Source: Actinomycetes bacterium (GTDB lineage: Bacteria; Actinomycetota; Coriobacteriia; Coriobacteriales; Eggerthellaceae). From it: 59,387 bases of DNA. Numbering within the stretch: position 1 is the stretch's first letter; each line of letters begins with the position of its first letter. Location of the stretch: contig JAEYEL010000189.1 of the NCBI GenBank assembly GCA_023403475.1, positions 1 to 59,387 on the forward strand, read 5' to 3'. The notes under the pieces were generated by a model. That model saw only the letters and a list, made by a program, of their open reading frames with translations, was not told the origin of the DNA and did no database searches. Of this stretch, positions 1 to 10,029 are shown piece by piece. Made by a program: the position numbers and the translations under genes.

Positions 1-167
1 GTACTGCAGCAAGACCGATTCAACAGGAAGCCGTTCTTCGGGCGAAACGGCACCGGCGAGACGGGCCGAAAGGTCGCGGGTCTTTACCGGGGGAAGTGCG
101 AGCAGGTAGCGAACGCGTTCGGCAATGCCGACGACGAATCCGCAGGTTGAATGCTGGTTCACTCCGC

Positions 168-413
168 TTACTGTTGCGCGGCCTCGCGCAGGGCGCGGGT
201 TAGTTGGTCGGCGCAGGAGGTTTGGCGGGTACCACAGGTGTTGCCTTCCAGAATCCGTATCACGTCGTCTGCCTTCATGCCGGTTACCAGTTTCGATATG
301 GCACGCAGGTTGCCGTCGCAGCCGCCCGTGAAATCGACGTGGGTCACCGTATCGCCGTCAAGTTCCACGTGAATCTCGCGCGAGCAGACGCCGCGCGTTT
401 TGTAAGTGTGCAC
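168..413 (-). CDS. TIGR03905-family TSCPD-domain small protein
   Basis: 81 aa with GVCS, GGCDGNL and TSCADQL motifs typical of the family. Confidence 0.8.
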   Translation of the reverse strand: MHTYKTRGVCSREIHVELDGDTVTHVDFTGGCDGNLRAISKLVTGMKADDVIRILEGNTCGTRQTSCADQLTRALREAAQQ

Positions 414-504
414 TGCTTCCTTCTTTCCGATTACTTCTCGATTTGCTTCCCTTTGCGCGGAAAACGGCTTCGCGCTGCTCCTGCGCGCCTTATCTTCCGG
501 CGTT

Positions 505-1272
505 TTAGAACAAGCCGCAGGTGAACAGGAACTCCAGCGACTTCAAGTTCGCCCCCACGTGCTCGCGCGTCCATTGCTGGCACACCTTGAGAACCGAAAA
601 CGCCGCATCTGCGTCCATGCCGCACGTGGACGCCTCGGCGAACGTCGCACCCATAAGGTAGCGCATCCAGCCGACGGTTCGCGCGGGCAGGTGCACCGTG
701 GCGGTATGCCCTCGGCAATGTGAGCAGACAAGACCGCCTTCGCCGTAAGAGAAGGGCAGATCGCCTTGTGACGAAGCGTCTATGGGGGCGCCGCACACCG
801 CGCAGGCATGCAGGCTGGGACGAAAGCCCGAAAACGCGAAGGTTTTCAGCAGATGCGCAGCGCAGATGCCGGGAGCCGCCTCAGCGTCGAGGGCGTCAAG
901 CGTTGCGAACGCAGCGCGCGTGCAGGCGAAAAGTTTGGGGTTTTCGAGGTCGGCCTGCGTTACACGGCTCGCAAGCTCGGCCATGGGCGCGGCGGCGGCG
1001 GCATGCTCGATGTTGCGGCGCAAACGCTCGTTTCCTTCGGCAAGACGTGCCTCCTTCACGATGTCGAGCGAACGGCCCTTCGAACAGAGCAGATCGGCGA
1101 CCGCATACAGCTCCAAACGCGAAGCGAACGGACTTCCCGGCTTCCGCGCGCCTTTCGCGACCGTGCGCAGCTGGGATCCGTCCCGCGCGAGCAGGGTGAG
1201 AATGAGATCTGCTTCCCCGAGCTTCGTCTTGCGCAGCACGATGGCACGCGTGGTGTAAGTAGGTTGGGCCAT
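505..1272 (-). CDS. recO: DNA repair protein RecO
   Basis: AIVLRKTKLGEADLILTLL...VAKGARKP N-terminus and CxxC...CxxC zinc finger; start chosen at ATG 1272. Confidence 0.92.
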   Translation of the reverse strand: MAQPTYTTRAIVLRKTKLGEADLILTLLARDGSQLRTVAKGARKPGSPFASRLELYAVADLLCSKGRSLDIVKEARLAEGNERLRRNIEHAAAAAPMAELASRVTQADLENPKLFACTRAAFATLDALDAEAAPGICAAHLLKTFAFSGFRPSLHACAVCGAPIDASSQGDLPFSYGEGGLVCSHCRGHTATVHLPARTVGWMRYLMGATFAEASTCGMDADAAFSVLKVCQQWTREHVGANLKSLEFLFTCGLF

Positions 1273-1289
1273 AGCTGATGCGAATTGCG

Positions 1290-2777
1290 TTAGACCCGCG
1301 CTATCTGCGGCGACGATGCAGCGATGCCGTTGTCGGCGCTCCAGGTGATGGTTCCCGAAACGGCCTTCCATTCGCCGTAGAGCGTCTGCGATCCGAAGAA
1401 CAGATAGTCGCGCGTTTCCACGACGCGGGCGGAGATGGTGTACTTCGTGGTGTTGTCGCCTGCGTAACTCACGTCGAGCGTGTCAGGGTTCACCTCGTAG
1501 GTTACGCCGTCGATGGAGAATTTCTCACTCGACTGGAAGTAGGTGTGCGTGGCGCTTACGAGCTCGGCCGAGCGCGACTTCGCCACGTTCACCGTAACGG
1601 CGGAGCCCGATGGCAGCTCGGCTCCCGCCTCCGGGTCGGTGCTCACCACTTGGCCTTCCAGCACGCTCTCGTCGTACACCTGCACTATACCGGGAACGAA
1701 GCCGGCATCGGCAAGGGCGGCCTGCGCCTCCTCGCCCGTCTTCCCCACCACGTTCGGCACCGTGTAGGGCGTGGCCACCTTGACGACGATGTGCGTGGAC
1801 GCCTTCACTTTCTGCCCGACTGCAGGATCCACCGAAAGGACGGAGCCTTTCGCAGCGTCTGAGAACTCGGTTTCATACTCCACGTTCTCGAGCCCTTCTT
1901 CCTTGAAAAGCCCCACGGCTTCATCGCGCGGAAGGCCTTCCACCTTCGGTACGACGCGTGCCACCGAAACATGGATGACAACCTCGGCGCCTTGTACCTG
2001 GCGTGAGCCCGCCGAAGGGTCGGTAAGCAGCACTTTCCCCTCGATATCATCGGATTTCACCTGCATGGGCTTCACGGAAAAGCCCTTTGCCTCAAGCTCG
2101 TAGGTGGCGTCGGCCTGCGATTTGCCCACTACGTCGGGCACGATGCGGCCGCCCCATATCTCCATGTGATACGTCGCCCCCGCCGCCGCGCCCGCAGCGA
2201 GAAGCACCATGAGGATGGCGATGACTACGCCCTTGCGCACGCCGCGACGCTTCTTCGAACTCGCATCGGGTGCGCGGAAGTCGCGCTGGGAGCCGGAAGG
2301 CGCCTCGCTTTGCGCGGGCATCTCCATGGTGTCGCCTGCGCGCCAAGTGGAGGCGGGCGGCACGTATCCGGGGTCTACCAGCCGTTCTATGCCGGAAAGG
2401 TCGGCGGTGCGGTCGGGGTCCCAGTCGCTCGGGCGACCGCCATCTCGCGTACCGAAATCCTCTTCTTCGGGCTCGCATCCGCGAGGGCGCTCGTCGTCGA
2501 GCGGGGCGAAATCGAACCCGTCCTGCCACTCGTACAGGTCGTCGTTTGCGAGGGTCTTTACCGCAGAATAATCCTCTTCATCTGGTGTTTCCACAGAAGG
2601 GATGTCTATCGAGGCGGTTTCGCCCGTCGATGGGCCGGCAAGAGCCTCAAGGGCACCATCTGATCCTTCGCCTGAAGCAGCGGCAACGGCGGCGATGCGT
2701 CCTGAAAGCGGGAAACCGCACTCGTCGCAGTATTTCGCGCCGTCTCGGTTCTCGGATTGGCAGTTAGGGCATTTCAT
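1290..2777 (-). CDS. Zinc-ribbon / transmembrane / triple PASTA-domain protein
   Basis: MKCPNC...CDECG, acidic linker, TM helix after KKRR, three VP(D/K/N)VxG PASTA repeats. Confidence 0.8.
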   Translation of the reverse strand: MKCPNCQSENRDGAKYCDECGFPLSGRIAAVAAASGEGSDGALEALAGPSTGETASIDIPSVETPDEEDYSAVKTLANDDLYEWQDGFDFAPLDDERPRGCEPEEEDFGTRDGGRPSDWDPDRTADLSGIERLVDPGYVPPASTWRAGDTMEMPAQSEAPSGSQRDFRAPDASSKKRRGVRKGVVIAILMVLLAAGAAAGATYHMEIWGGRIVPDVVGKSQADATYELEAKGFSVKPMQVKSDDIEGKVLLTDPSAGSRQVQGAEVVIHVSVARVVPKVEGLPRDEAVGLFKEEGLENVEYETEFSDAAKGSVLSVDPAVGQKVKASTHIVVKVATPYTVPNVVGKTGEEAQAALADAGFVPGIVQVYDESVLEGQVVSTDPEAGAELPSGSAVTVNVAKSRSAELVSATHTYFQSSEKFSIDGVTYEVNPDTLDVSYAGDNTTKYTISARVVETRDYLFFGSQTLYGEWKAVSGTITWSADNGIAASSPQIARV

Positions 2778-2880
2778 GCGAGCTCCTCGCGTGCTTTGCG
2801 TGTTCGTACTCGTTGTCATTGTAGCGGAAAAAACCCGTGTGCAAGCGCAAGCACCGCCGCTGCGCGAAACAAGCAGATGC

Positions 2881-2968
2881 CGATGCGGCAGACGCAGGCA
2901 GCTCGAAACCTCCCAAGGCGGGCGCCGCGCGCCACGTCGCCGATGCGGCAGACGCAGGCAGTTCGAAA
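2881..2968. repeat. Intergenic direct repeat, 28 bp x2, 60-bp period
   Basis: cgatgcggcagacgcaggcag(c/t)tcgaaa at 2881 and 2941. Confidence 0.85.
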
Positions 2969-2991
2969 TACCTTGGCCGAAGATCCGCGGC

Positions 2992-3912
2992 TTACGCGCC
3001 TTCGCCGTATCCGAAACGGCGAATCTGGGCGGCATCGCGCCGCCAGTTCTTCTTCACCTTCACGGAAAGATCGAGGAACACGCGCGTGCCCAGAAGCTGC
3101 TCCAAATCGGCGCGCGCCTCGATGCCAATTTGCTTGATGGCGACACCTTTTCTGCCTATGATGATGCCCTTCTGGCTTTCCCGCTCAACATATACCACGG
3201 CGTAGATGCGCGTAAGGTTGCGCTTGCGTTCGTGCTCCATTTCCTCGACGCGCACGCCGATGGCATGGGGCACCTCGTCGCGGAAGGTGCGCAGTATCTT
3301 TTCCCTGACGAATTCCGCCACGACCACCTCTATGGGCTGGTCGGTTTCCATATCGGGCGGAAACCACGCGGGCCCTTCCGGCAGCAGATAAGCCACCTCT
3401 TCCACGAACGCATCCACGTTTTTCCCGGTTTCGGAGGAAAGCGCCACCATCGCGTCCCACTTCATCAGCTTCTCGGCGGCTTCGCGCTGCGCGGAGATTT
3501 GGGCATCGTTTGCCAGGTCGGTTTTCGAAAGCACGCATATCTTCCTCGACATCGCCGCACGCACCTGCGCGGCCACCCATTCGTCGCCTCTGCCTATGGG
3601 CTTCGAAGCGTCGATGAGCATGGCCGCCACATCGACGTCTTCGAGCGCCTTCAAGGCCGACACGTTCAGCTCCTCGCCGAGCGCATCGTGAGGCTTGTGC
3701 AGGCCGGGCGTGTCCACGATTATCATCTGGAACTTTGGGCGCGTGAGCACGGCGCGGAATCGATGGCGCGTCGTCTGCACCGTGTTCGAGGTGATGGCGA
3801 TCTTTTTGCCCATAATGGCGTTCAGCAAGGTCGATTTCCCCGCGTTCGGCCTCCCCACCAGCGTGACGAAGCCCGATTTGAAGCCTTCAACCTGATTATG
3901 ACCTATTTCCAC
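2992..3912 (-). CDS. era: GTPase Era
   Basis: GRPNAGKST, QTTRH, DTPG and KH domain; GTG start at 3912 after AAAGGA. Confidence 0.95.
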   Translation of the reverse strand: MEIGHNQVEGFKSGFVTLVGRPNAGKSTLLNAIMGKKIAITSNTVQTTRHRFRAVLTRPKFQMIIVDTPGLHKPHDALGEELNVSALKALEDVDVAAMLIDASKPIGRGDEWVAAQVRAAMSRKICVLSKTDLANDAQISAQREAAEKLMKWDAMVALSSETGKNVDAFVEEVAYLLPEGPAWFPPDMETDQPIEVVVAEFVREKILRTFRDEVPHAIGVRVEEMEHERKRNLTRIYAVVYVERESQKGIIIGRKGVAIKQIGIEARADLEQLLGTRVFLDLSVKVKKNWRRDAAQIRRFGYGEGA

Positions 3913-4009
3913 GTTTCGTCCTTTGTCGTTTTCCTTGGCTTGTTTTTCGAAAACCATGCTACCTATTTGAACCTTCTTCTCGAGCGACAAGGGCAGAACC
4001 CTTGCCCTA

Positions 4010-4084
4010 CGCACAACCCGCGGGAACCGCTACCCGAAGGTCGGCGCGACGGGCGCACAACCTGCGGGAACCGCTACCCGAAGG
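4010..4084. repeat. Direct repeat, 31 bp x2, overlapping the dgkA 3' end
   Basis: cgcacaacc(c/t)gcgggaaccgctacccgaagg at 4010 and 4054. Confidence 0.85.
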
Positions 4085-4442
4085 CGAGGGAGCAGATGCG
4101 CGGCAGGTACACGAAGCACGCGACCGCCACCGAAGCACATGCGAGCAGAAGGACGGCGCCTGCCGCAGCGTCCTTCGCCAACCCTGCCAGCTCGTGATAT
4201 TCGGGCGATGCGAGATCCACCACCGCCTCCATGGCCGTGTTGGCGCATTCGGCCGCCATAACAGCGCCGATGCAGATAACGACCGCGCACCACGATGTCG
4301 CGTCGATGGAAAGCGCCAGCCCCAGCGCCACCGCGAGAACCGCCGCCGCACAGTGTATCTTCATGTTGCGCTCGCGCACGATGGTTTTAAGGATGCCCCG
4401 TCCCGCGCAGGCGAAAGCGCGCCCAAGCGTTGCCTTCGCCAT
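4074..4442 (-). CDS. dgkA: Diacylglycerol/undecaprenol kinase family protein
   Basis: ERNMKIH, ECANTAMEAVVDL and AKDAAAGAVLL motifs; lies between ybeY and era. Confidence 0.88.
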   Translation of the reverse strand: MAKATLGRAFACAGRGILKTIVRERNMKIHCAAAVLAVALGLALSIDATSWCAVVICIGAVMAAECANTAMEAVVDLASPEYHELAGLAKDAAAGAVLLLACASVAVACFVYLPRICSLAFG

Positions 4443-4443
4443 G

Positions 4444-4917
4444 CTACGCCCGCCTATTCACCCATGCGGCCAAAATCTCGGCCTCGAGACTCTCCATGAC
4501 CGCGGCTTCGTCGTCTTCCACGTGATCGTAGCCGCACAGATGCAGAAGCCCGTGTACCAAAAGCAGGCTCACTTCCTCTTCGAACGTGGTTTTGAACTCG
4601 TAGGTTTGGCGCATCGCCACGTCGGGGGCGATGATCACGTCTCCTAATTCGAACACAAGGTCGGGCTCTTGGGCGGAAACGGCGGCGTCGAAGTCGTTTT
4701 CGACTCCGTCGCACTCGAACGAGAGCACGTCGGTGGGGCCTGACTTCCCCCGATAGCGCTCGTTGAGGTCCGCGATGGTCTCATCGTCTACAAAACTGAT
4801 GGAGACTTCGGTGTTGTCGGGCTTTTCCTCGTGCGCAAGGACGAAGCGCGCAAGCTTCTCCAGGGGAAGCCGCTCAAGATCCTCCTCGCGGTAGTCGTAG
4901 TTGAAAAGAATATCCAT
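4444..4917 (-). CDS. ybeY: rRNA maturation endoribonuclease YbeY
   Basis: LNERYRGK, PTDVLSF, HGLLHLCGYDH. Confidence 0.95.
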   Translation of the reverse strand: MDILFNYDYREEDLERLPLEKLARFVLAHEEKPDNTEVSISFVDDETIADLNERYRGKSGPTDVLSFECDGVENDFDAAVSAQEPDLVFELGDVIIAPDVAMRQTYEFKTTFEEEVSLLLVHGLLHLCGYDHVEDDEAAVMESLEAEILAAWVNRRA

Positions 4918-5087
4918 GTTCCTTGGGCCTTCCTTTGCGCTTCGTCGCAGGCTTGCCGCAATGGCCGTCGCGGGCGAATGTCTCGCGACGAGCACCATGC
5001 TCGTGCCGGCAGGCGTCGTCGAAGCGATGTGCGTCCGGTTTGCCATAGGGGTGATTGTATCACGCCCGCACCGTCGAAGATAAGCCG

Positions 5088-6341
5088 TCACTGAACGATT
5101 ATCTCCACAAGGCCGCCAACTACGGCGGCGGGCGGTGCGGCCACTTCGTAGTAGCTTTCGGTCATGGCGCGCCCCCCTTCCTCCACAAGGGCGAACTCGC
5201 GTGTTCCCTTGCGGCGAGCGTAATCGCTTCGCCGCAGTTCCTCGGCCAACAGGCGCAGCGTTTGAGCACGCGCGCTTTTCTCCTCGGGCGGAATCTGGTC
5301 GGAACGTGCCGCCGCAGGCGTGCCTTTGCGCTGCGAATAGGGAAAGACGTGAATCTTCGAGAAGGCGCATTGGCGGGCGAGGACAAGCGTTTCTTGGAAG
5401 TCGTCTTCGGTTTCGCCCGGGAACCCCACGATGATGTCGGTGGAAAGCGAAAGCTGCGGCAGGCGTTCGCGCAGATGGGAAACGAGGCGCGCGTAGTCGC
5501 GCGCATGGTAGGGCCGCGCCATCTCATGCAGAACCTTCTCGCTTCCTGACTGCAGAGGCAGATGCAAATGACGGCAAATGCGCCCGTCCGCATGCGCCAT
5601 GAGGTCTACAAGGTCGTCGTCCACGTCGCGCGGCTCGATGCTCGATATGCGGAAACGGCACGGCAGCTCGCCTTCGCAGCGCAGGCTCGCCGTCGCGTCG
5701 AGAAGCAGGCGCAACAGGCCGGACAGACGCAGCTCTCCTTCTTTGTACGAACCCAGGTTGATGCCGGTGAGCACTATCTCGCGCACGCCCGCCTGCGCAA
5801 GCTGCGTGCATTCCGCGAGTACTTCCGTAGACGGGCGGCTTGCGGCGCGGCCGCGCGCAACATGCACGATGCAGAACGTGCAGGCATTGTTGCAGCCGTC
5901 CTGCACCTTCACGCCAACGCGCGTGGGAAAACCGGTTCCCGCACGAAGGGAAGCGACGGCTTTACGGGCAGGCGCGATGTCGAGCACGGAAAAGGTTGCG
6001 TTCGCATCGAGCTGCGCGCGCGCCTGCTCCAAAGCTTCGCCCAGACCGTTCTTCGGAACCACGCACACGCGCCCATCGAGCCCTTCGTAGAACGCTGCGT
6101 CGATTGCGGCTGCGCATCCCGTAACGAACACGAGCGCATGGCTGTTCGCGCGCAGGGCGTGGCGGACGGCTTTTCGCGTCTTCTTCTCGGCCTCCCCCGT
6201 TACCGTGCAGGTGTTCACCACTATAAGATCCGCTTGCGCAAGAGGTGCCGCCGCGCCACCCGCAGCAATAAGCTGCGCTGCAGCAGCATCGGATTCGACG
6301 CGGTTCACTTTGCAGCCCAGATTCACGACGGAAAAGTTCAT
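5088..6341 (-). CDS. mtaB: tRNA methylthiotransferase MtaB (MiaB-like radical SAM)
   Basis: LGCKVNRVES, NTCTVT, GCNNACTFC, DIIVGFPGET; ATGA overlap with rsmE. Confidence 0.88.
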   Translation of the reverse strand: MNFSVVNLGCKVNRVESDAAAAQLIAAGGAAAPLAQADLIVVNTCTVTGEAEKKTRKAVRHALRANSHALVFVTGCAAAIDAAFYEGLDGRVCVVPKNGLGEALEQARAQLDANATFSVLDIAPARKAVASLRAGTGFPTRVGVKVQDGCNNACTFCIVHVARGRAASRPSTEVLAECTQLAQAGVREIVLTGINLGSYKEGELRLSGLLRLLLDATASLRCEGELPCRFRISSIEPRDVDDDLVDLMAHADGRICRHLHLPLQSGSEKVLHEMARPYHARDYARLVSHLRERLPQLSLSTDIIVGFPGETEDDFQETLVLARQCAFSKIHVFPYSQRKGTPAAARSDQIPPEEKSARAQTLRLLAEELRRSDYARRKGTREFALVEEGGRAMTESYYEVAAPPAAVVGGLVEIIVQ

Positions 6342-7159
6342 AAGCGCCACCCGTTTTGGTTATCCGAACAGCCGCCCCCCAACCCACCCAGCTCGTAGAG
6401 AACGAGCGCGGGCGCCACCACGCCCGCCGTCTCCGTGCGCAGGATAGTAGGACCGAGCGACACGAGCCGTGCGCGCCTGTTGCAGGAAAGAAGCGCCTCC
6501 ACCTCGCTTTGCGCAAGACCGCCCTCAGGCCCCACCACCACGGCGACGCGCGCATCGGCTGCAGGCGTGCGCGTCTGCGCGAGCGCCTGCTCGATAGCCT
6601 CGTGCAAGCTCGCCGCGCGCGGCGCCTCTTCCCAGCATACCAAAACGCAGGTACACTGGCCCAGAAGCGCGCACGCCTCGCGCACGCCCCTAGGCTCGAT
6701 GACCTCGGGGATAATCCGGCGGCCCGACTGCATGGCCGCGCTCTTAGCTATGGCGCGCCACCGCTCCATGCGCTTTGTCGCCTTCCTCGCATCGAGCTTC
6801 ACCACGGAGCGCTCGCATGCAAGCGGAACGAACGCAGCGACGCCTATTTCCGTGGCGTGGCGCACCACCGCCTCCATCTTGTCGCCCTTCGCCAAGCCCT
6901 GCAGAAGGACAACGACCGGCCCTTCCTCCCCCGTATCGAGCCTTTGCGCCACGCGCACGAGAGGGATATCGCCGTCGAAGGACACTATCTCGCATTCGAA
7001 GTAGTCCTGCGCCGCATCGATCACCGCCACGTGCTCGCCCGGCGAAAGCCGAAGCACGCGCGCATGCTTCGCGTCGTCAGGCGAAAGCCGCAACGGAAAA
7101 GCCGTTGCGCCCTCGAGTGCAACGGCTTGCTCCTCCAAATAGAAATGCGGTAGGGACAT
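6338..7159 (-). CDS. rsmE: 16S rRNA m3U1498 methyltransferase RsmE
   Basis: HARVLRL, VGPEGGL, LGPTILRTETA. Confidence 0.95.
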   Translation of the reverse strand: MSLPHFYLEEQAVALEGATAFPLRLSPDDAKHARVLRLSPGEHVAVIDAAQDYFECEIVSFDGDIPLVRVAQRLDTGEEGPVVVLLQGLAKGDKMEAVVRHATEIGVAAFVPLACERSVVKLDARKATKRMERWRAIAKSAAMQSGRRIIPEVIEPRGVREACALLGQCTCVLVCWEEAPRAASLHEAIEQALAQTRTPAADARVAVVVGPEGGLAQSEVEALLSCNRRARLVSLGPTILRTETAGVVAPALVLYELGGLGGGCSDNQNGWRL

Positions 7160-7243
7160 AAGGCTCCGTTCGAAATCGGCGAAATCGTACCTGTTGGCGC
7201 AGCGGGTCAGCGAGAGGGTTCGGCTCCCCTCGCGGCGTCGGCA

Positions 7244-7273
7244 AGTTCCGCCGTTCGCCAAAACGGCGGAACT
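7244..7273 (-). terminator. Hairpin directly after the dnaJ stop
   Basis: agttccgccgtt / aacggcggaact 12-bp perfect stem; no strong U-tract. Confidence 0.5.
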
Positions 7274-7276
7274 CCG

Positions 7277-8416
7277 TTAGTTAAAAGCGTCGCGAAGCTT
7301 CTGCAAGGGAGAACGCGCTTCGGACACGTCCTCGCCCATTTCGTCTGCAAGCTCTTCCAGAAGCTCGCGCTGGCGCTTCGTGACCTTCTTCGGCACCACC
7401 ACGTTCACATGCACGAACATGTCGCCGCGTGCGTCGCTGCGGAACTTCGGCATGCCGCATCCGCGCACGCGTACCACCTGCTCGTTCTGGCACCCTTCGG
7501 GAATGCGCACCTGCACCTTCTCGTCTTCGAAGATGCCGTCTATCTCTATCTCGGTTCCCAATGTGGCCTGCACAATAGACACGTTCGCGCGCGCATGCAG
7601 ATTGTCGCCGTCGCGTTCGAAGAACTCATGCGGCTGAATGCGCACGGTCACGATGAGGTCGCCTGCAGGCGCACCCTGCATGCCGGCCTCGCCGAAGCCG
7701 GACAGGCGCAGCTGCTGCCCGTCGCGTATGCCCACAGGAATTTCCACCGAAACGCGCTGGCGGTCGGGAACGCGGCCCTGGCCTTCGCATTCCGGGCAGG
7801 GGTTCTCTATGGTCGAGCCGGTGCCGCCGCAGGTCTTGCACGTGGTGGCCGTCTGCATGTCGCCCAGAAACGTGCGCTGTACGGTGACCACGCGACCCTT
7901 GCCGCCGCAGTCGGGACAGGTCACCTCTCGGCCGTCTGCGCCCAATCCCGTTCCCTTGCAGTCGGGGCACGGGGCCAGACGGTCGTAGACTATCTCCTTC
8001 TTCACGCCGGCCGCCACCTCGTCAAGCGTCAGGCGCAGGCCGACGCCCATGTCGCGTCCTTCGCGACGCTGCGCGCGACCGCCGCCCGCGCCACCGAAGA
8101 ACGAGCTGAAGATGTCGCCCATGCCGCCGAAACCGCCGCCGAACAGATCGTCGAAGTCGACGTAGCCGCCCCCGCCGTAAGGAGAGCCGCCTCCCGCCGC
8201 GCCGGGAATGGTTCCGAAGCGGTCGTACTGGGCGCGCTTCTGCGGATCGGAAAGCACATCGTACGCTTCATTGAGTTCTTTGAACTGGTCTTCGGCGTTA
8301 GGCGCCTTGTTCACGTCTGGGTGCAGTTCGCGCGCGCGACGGCGAAACGCCTTCTTTATCTCCTCGTCGGTGGCGTCTTTCGCCACGCCTAGCACCTCGT
8401 ACAGATCTTTGGCCAT
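7277..8416 (-). CDS. dnaJ: Chaperone DnaJ
   Basis: J-domain HPD, G/F region, four CxxCxGxG repeats. Confidence 0.97.
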   Translation of the reverse strand: MAKDLYEVLGVAKDATDEEIKKAFRRRARELHPDVNKAPNAEDQFKELNEAYDVLSDPQKRAQYDRFGTIPGAAGGGSPYGGGGYVDFDDLFGGGFGGMGDIFSSFFGGAGGGRAQRREGRDMGVGLRLTLDEVAAGVKKEIVYDRLAPCPDCKGTGLGADGREVTCPDCGGKGRVVTVQRTFLGDMQTATTCKTCGGTGSTIENPCPECEGQGRVPDRQRVSVEIPVGIRDGQQLRLSGFGEAGMQGAPAGDLIVTVRIQPHEFFERDGDNLHARANVSIVQATLGTEIEIDGIFEDEKVQVRIPEGCQNEQVVRVRGCGMPKFRSDARGDMFVHVNVVVPKKVTKRQRELLEELADEMGEDVSEARSPLQKLRDAFN

Positions 8417-8572
8417 GTGCCCTTGCTACCTCTCTATCTTTCTGTATCTTCTGCAACGTTTTCACGTCCTGCTCCAACCCGGGAAAGCCCTATACCCTCG
8501 CACAACGGCATCGTGCGCAGGAGGAGCGCGCTTACCCGGACAAGAAGGCCCACCCGACTAACCGCATCGTCC

Positions 8573-9592
8573 TCACACATCGTCAAGCGCGACGCTTGCC
8601 GCGCGAACTGCGCGGATGACCTGCGAATAGTCCATGCGCGTGGGGCCTATGACCGCCACGACGCCCGCCGTCGCCCCGTGCCCGTAGCGGCTTGCCACCA
8701 CCGAAACGCCTGAAAGCCCTGGCGTCTTGTTCTCGCTGCCGATGCTCACGTTCGGCCCCTCGCTGCGCGTGGCTGCATCGTCGAGCACGTGCAGAAGCAC
8801 CGTGTCGTCTTCAAGCATCTGCATGACGGGCAGAAGCGTTTCCGCTTGACTGAACTCGGGCTTCTTCAAAAGAGCGCTCATGCCTATACGGTGCGCGCGC
8901 CCGGCCTCGCTTTCCTGCAGGCAGGAAAGCACCTCGTCGAGCACGATGCGCACCAAAGGGTCGCGGAAGGCCTCGGCCATGCCACGCCCCAGGCCCTCCT
9001 CCACTTCCTTGAGCGTTTTCCCGCAGAACACATCGCTCATGAACTTCTGTACCGACGCAAGGTCTTCCGCCTCGACCGGCACGTCGAAGTCCATCTGCCG
9101 ATTGAACACGCGACCGTCCTGGGTGACGAGCACCACGAGCGCGCGGTGCGAGGAAAGCGATATGAGCGAGATCTGCTTGACGCGCAGTGTGAGCACCGAA
9201 GGCGCCAGCACCACCGAAAGGCAGTCGGTCAGCTTCGTGAGCGCCGCCGAGGTTCGTTCGAGCAGCGCGTCGAGCTCGGTTGCGCTGCGGCGCAGCTCGT
9301 CTACCACCTCGTCGTAGCGCGTATCGGCTGGAGCCATGCCCGAATCGAGCAGTTTGTCCACGAACGCGCGATACCCCGCATCGGTAGGTATGCGCCCGGC
9401 GGAAGTATGCGGCTGAACGATGTAGCCGCCGTCTTCCAAGACGGAAAGCTCGTTGCGCACCGTGGCGGGACTCACACCCAGTTGATAGCGCTCCGTCAAC
9501 GTGCGCGACCCAACAGGCAGCGCACGCGCGACGTACTCCTCTATGAGAGCCGCCAGCACTCGCTGTCTTCTATCGGATAGCACGCTTGTCAC
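8573..9592 (-). CDS. hrcA: Heat-inducible transcription repressor HrcA
   Basis: VSPATVRNEL, QPHTSAGRIPT, IGPTRMDY. Confidence 0.97.
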   Translation of the reverse strand: MTSVLSDRRQRVLAALIEEYVARALPVGSRTLTERYQLGVSPATVRNELSVLEDGGYIVQPHTSAGRIPTDAGYRAFVDKLLDSGMAPADTRYDEVVDELRRSATELDALLERTSAALTKLTDCLSVVLAPSVLTLRVKQISLISLSSHRALVVLVTQDGRVFNRQMDFDVPVEAEDLASVQKFMSDVFCGKTLKEVEEGLGRGMAEAFRDPLVRIVLDEVLSCLQESEAGRAHRIGMSALLKKPEFSQAETLLPVMQMLEDDTVLLHVLDDAATRSEGPNVSIGSENKTPGLSGVSVVASRYGHGATAGVVAVIGPTRMDYSQVIRAVRAASVALDDV

Positions 9593-9620
9593 CTTCTCCG
9601 TTCTTCCTGTTTCCGGCTCG

Positions 9621-9659
9621 CAAGTTCTCAGATTCTCAAGTTCTCAGATTCTCAAGTTC
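9621..9659. repeat. 16-bp tandem repeat (~2.4 copies) in the hrcA leader
   Basis: caagttctcagattct caagttctcagattct caagttc. Confidence 0.85.
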
Positions 9660-9767
9660 GCAAGCCCTGTGCTTTCGAATCGTCGGCCACGCCCGGACAA
9701 AAGACGCCTCTTCTGCCCGCTGCGCACAAGCACCGAACGCGCCCGACGATTCCGTCAAAACGCTATT

Positions 9768-9794
9768 CTAGCAGCCAACCGCCGAGAGTGCTAA
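9768..9794 (-). promoter_or_regulatory. CIRCE operator (HrcA binding site)
   Basis: Minus strand TTAGCACTC-N9-GGCTGCTAG versus consensus TTAGCACTC-N9-GAGTGCTAA, upstream of hrcA. Confidence 0.9.
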
Positions 9795-9854
9795 AAATTC
9801 GCCGAAAGGGCAATCGAATTTGCCGGTTTTCGAAAACGTTGATTCGCTTGTCGC

Positions 9855-9882
9855 TTGACCCGTCGATATTGTCCGCTATAAT
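9855..9882 (+). promoter_or_regulatory. Putative sigma70 promoter for the LPXTG protein gene
   Basis: TTGACC-16 bp-TATAAT. Confidence 0.5.
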
Positions 9883-10029
9883 TCATAGGTATATTTTGGG
9901 ATCAGTAAGGGGTATTCCATGCTTTTTTCTATAAAAAAGCGCAGAATGATGAACCTACTCTCTCCCTTCGGTGTGTTCGCTGCCGGGAAAAGTTACAAGC
10001 GGACAGAAGACGTTATGGAGGAACGGAAG

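Noticed and set aside
1..160. Possible feature at the window start
   Set aside because: No supportable ORF or RNA motif in this short stretch.
2602..4197. Long antisense ORFs (for example 531 aa here, 461 aa at 43907, 445 aa at 52628)
   Set aside because: These are shadow frames of high-GC genes on the opposite strand, with no protein-like motifs.
7277..9592. Missing grpE-dnaK next to hrcA-dnaJ
   Set aside because: hrcA-dnaJ without dnaK is the normal actinobacterial arrangement.
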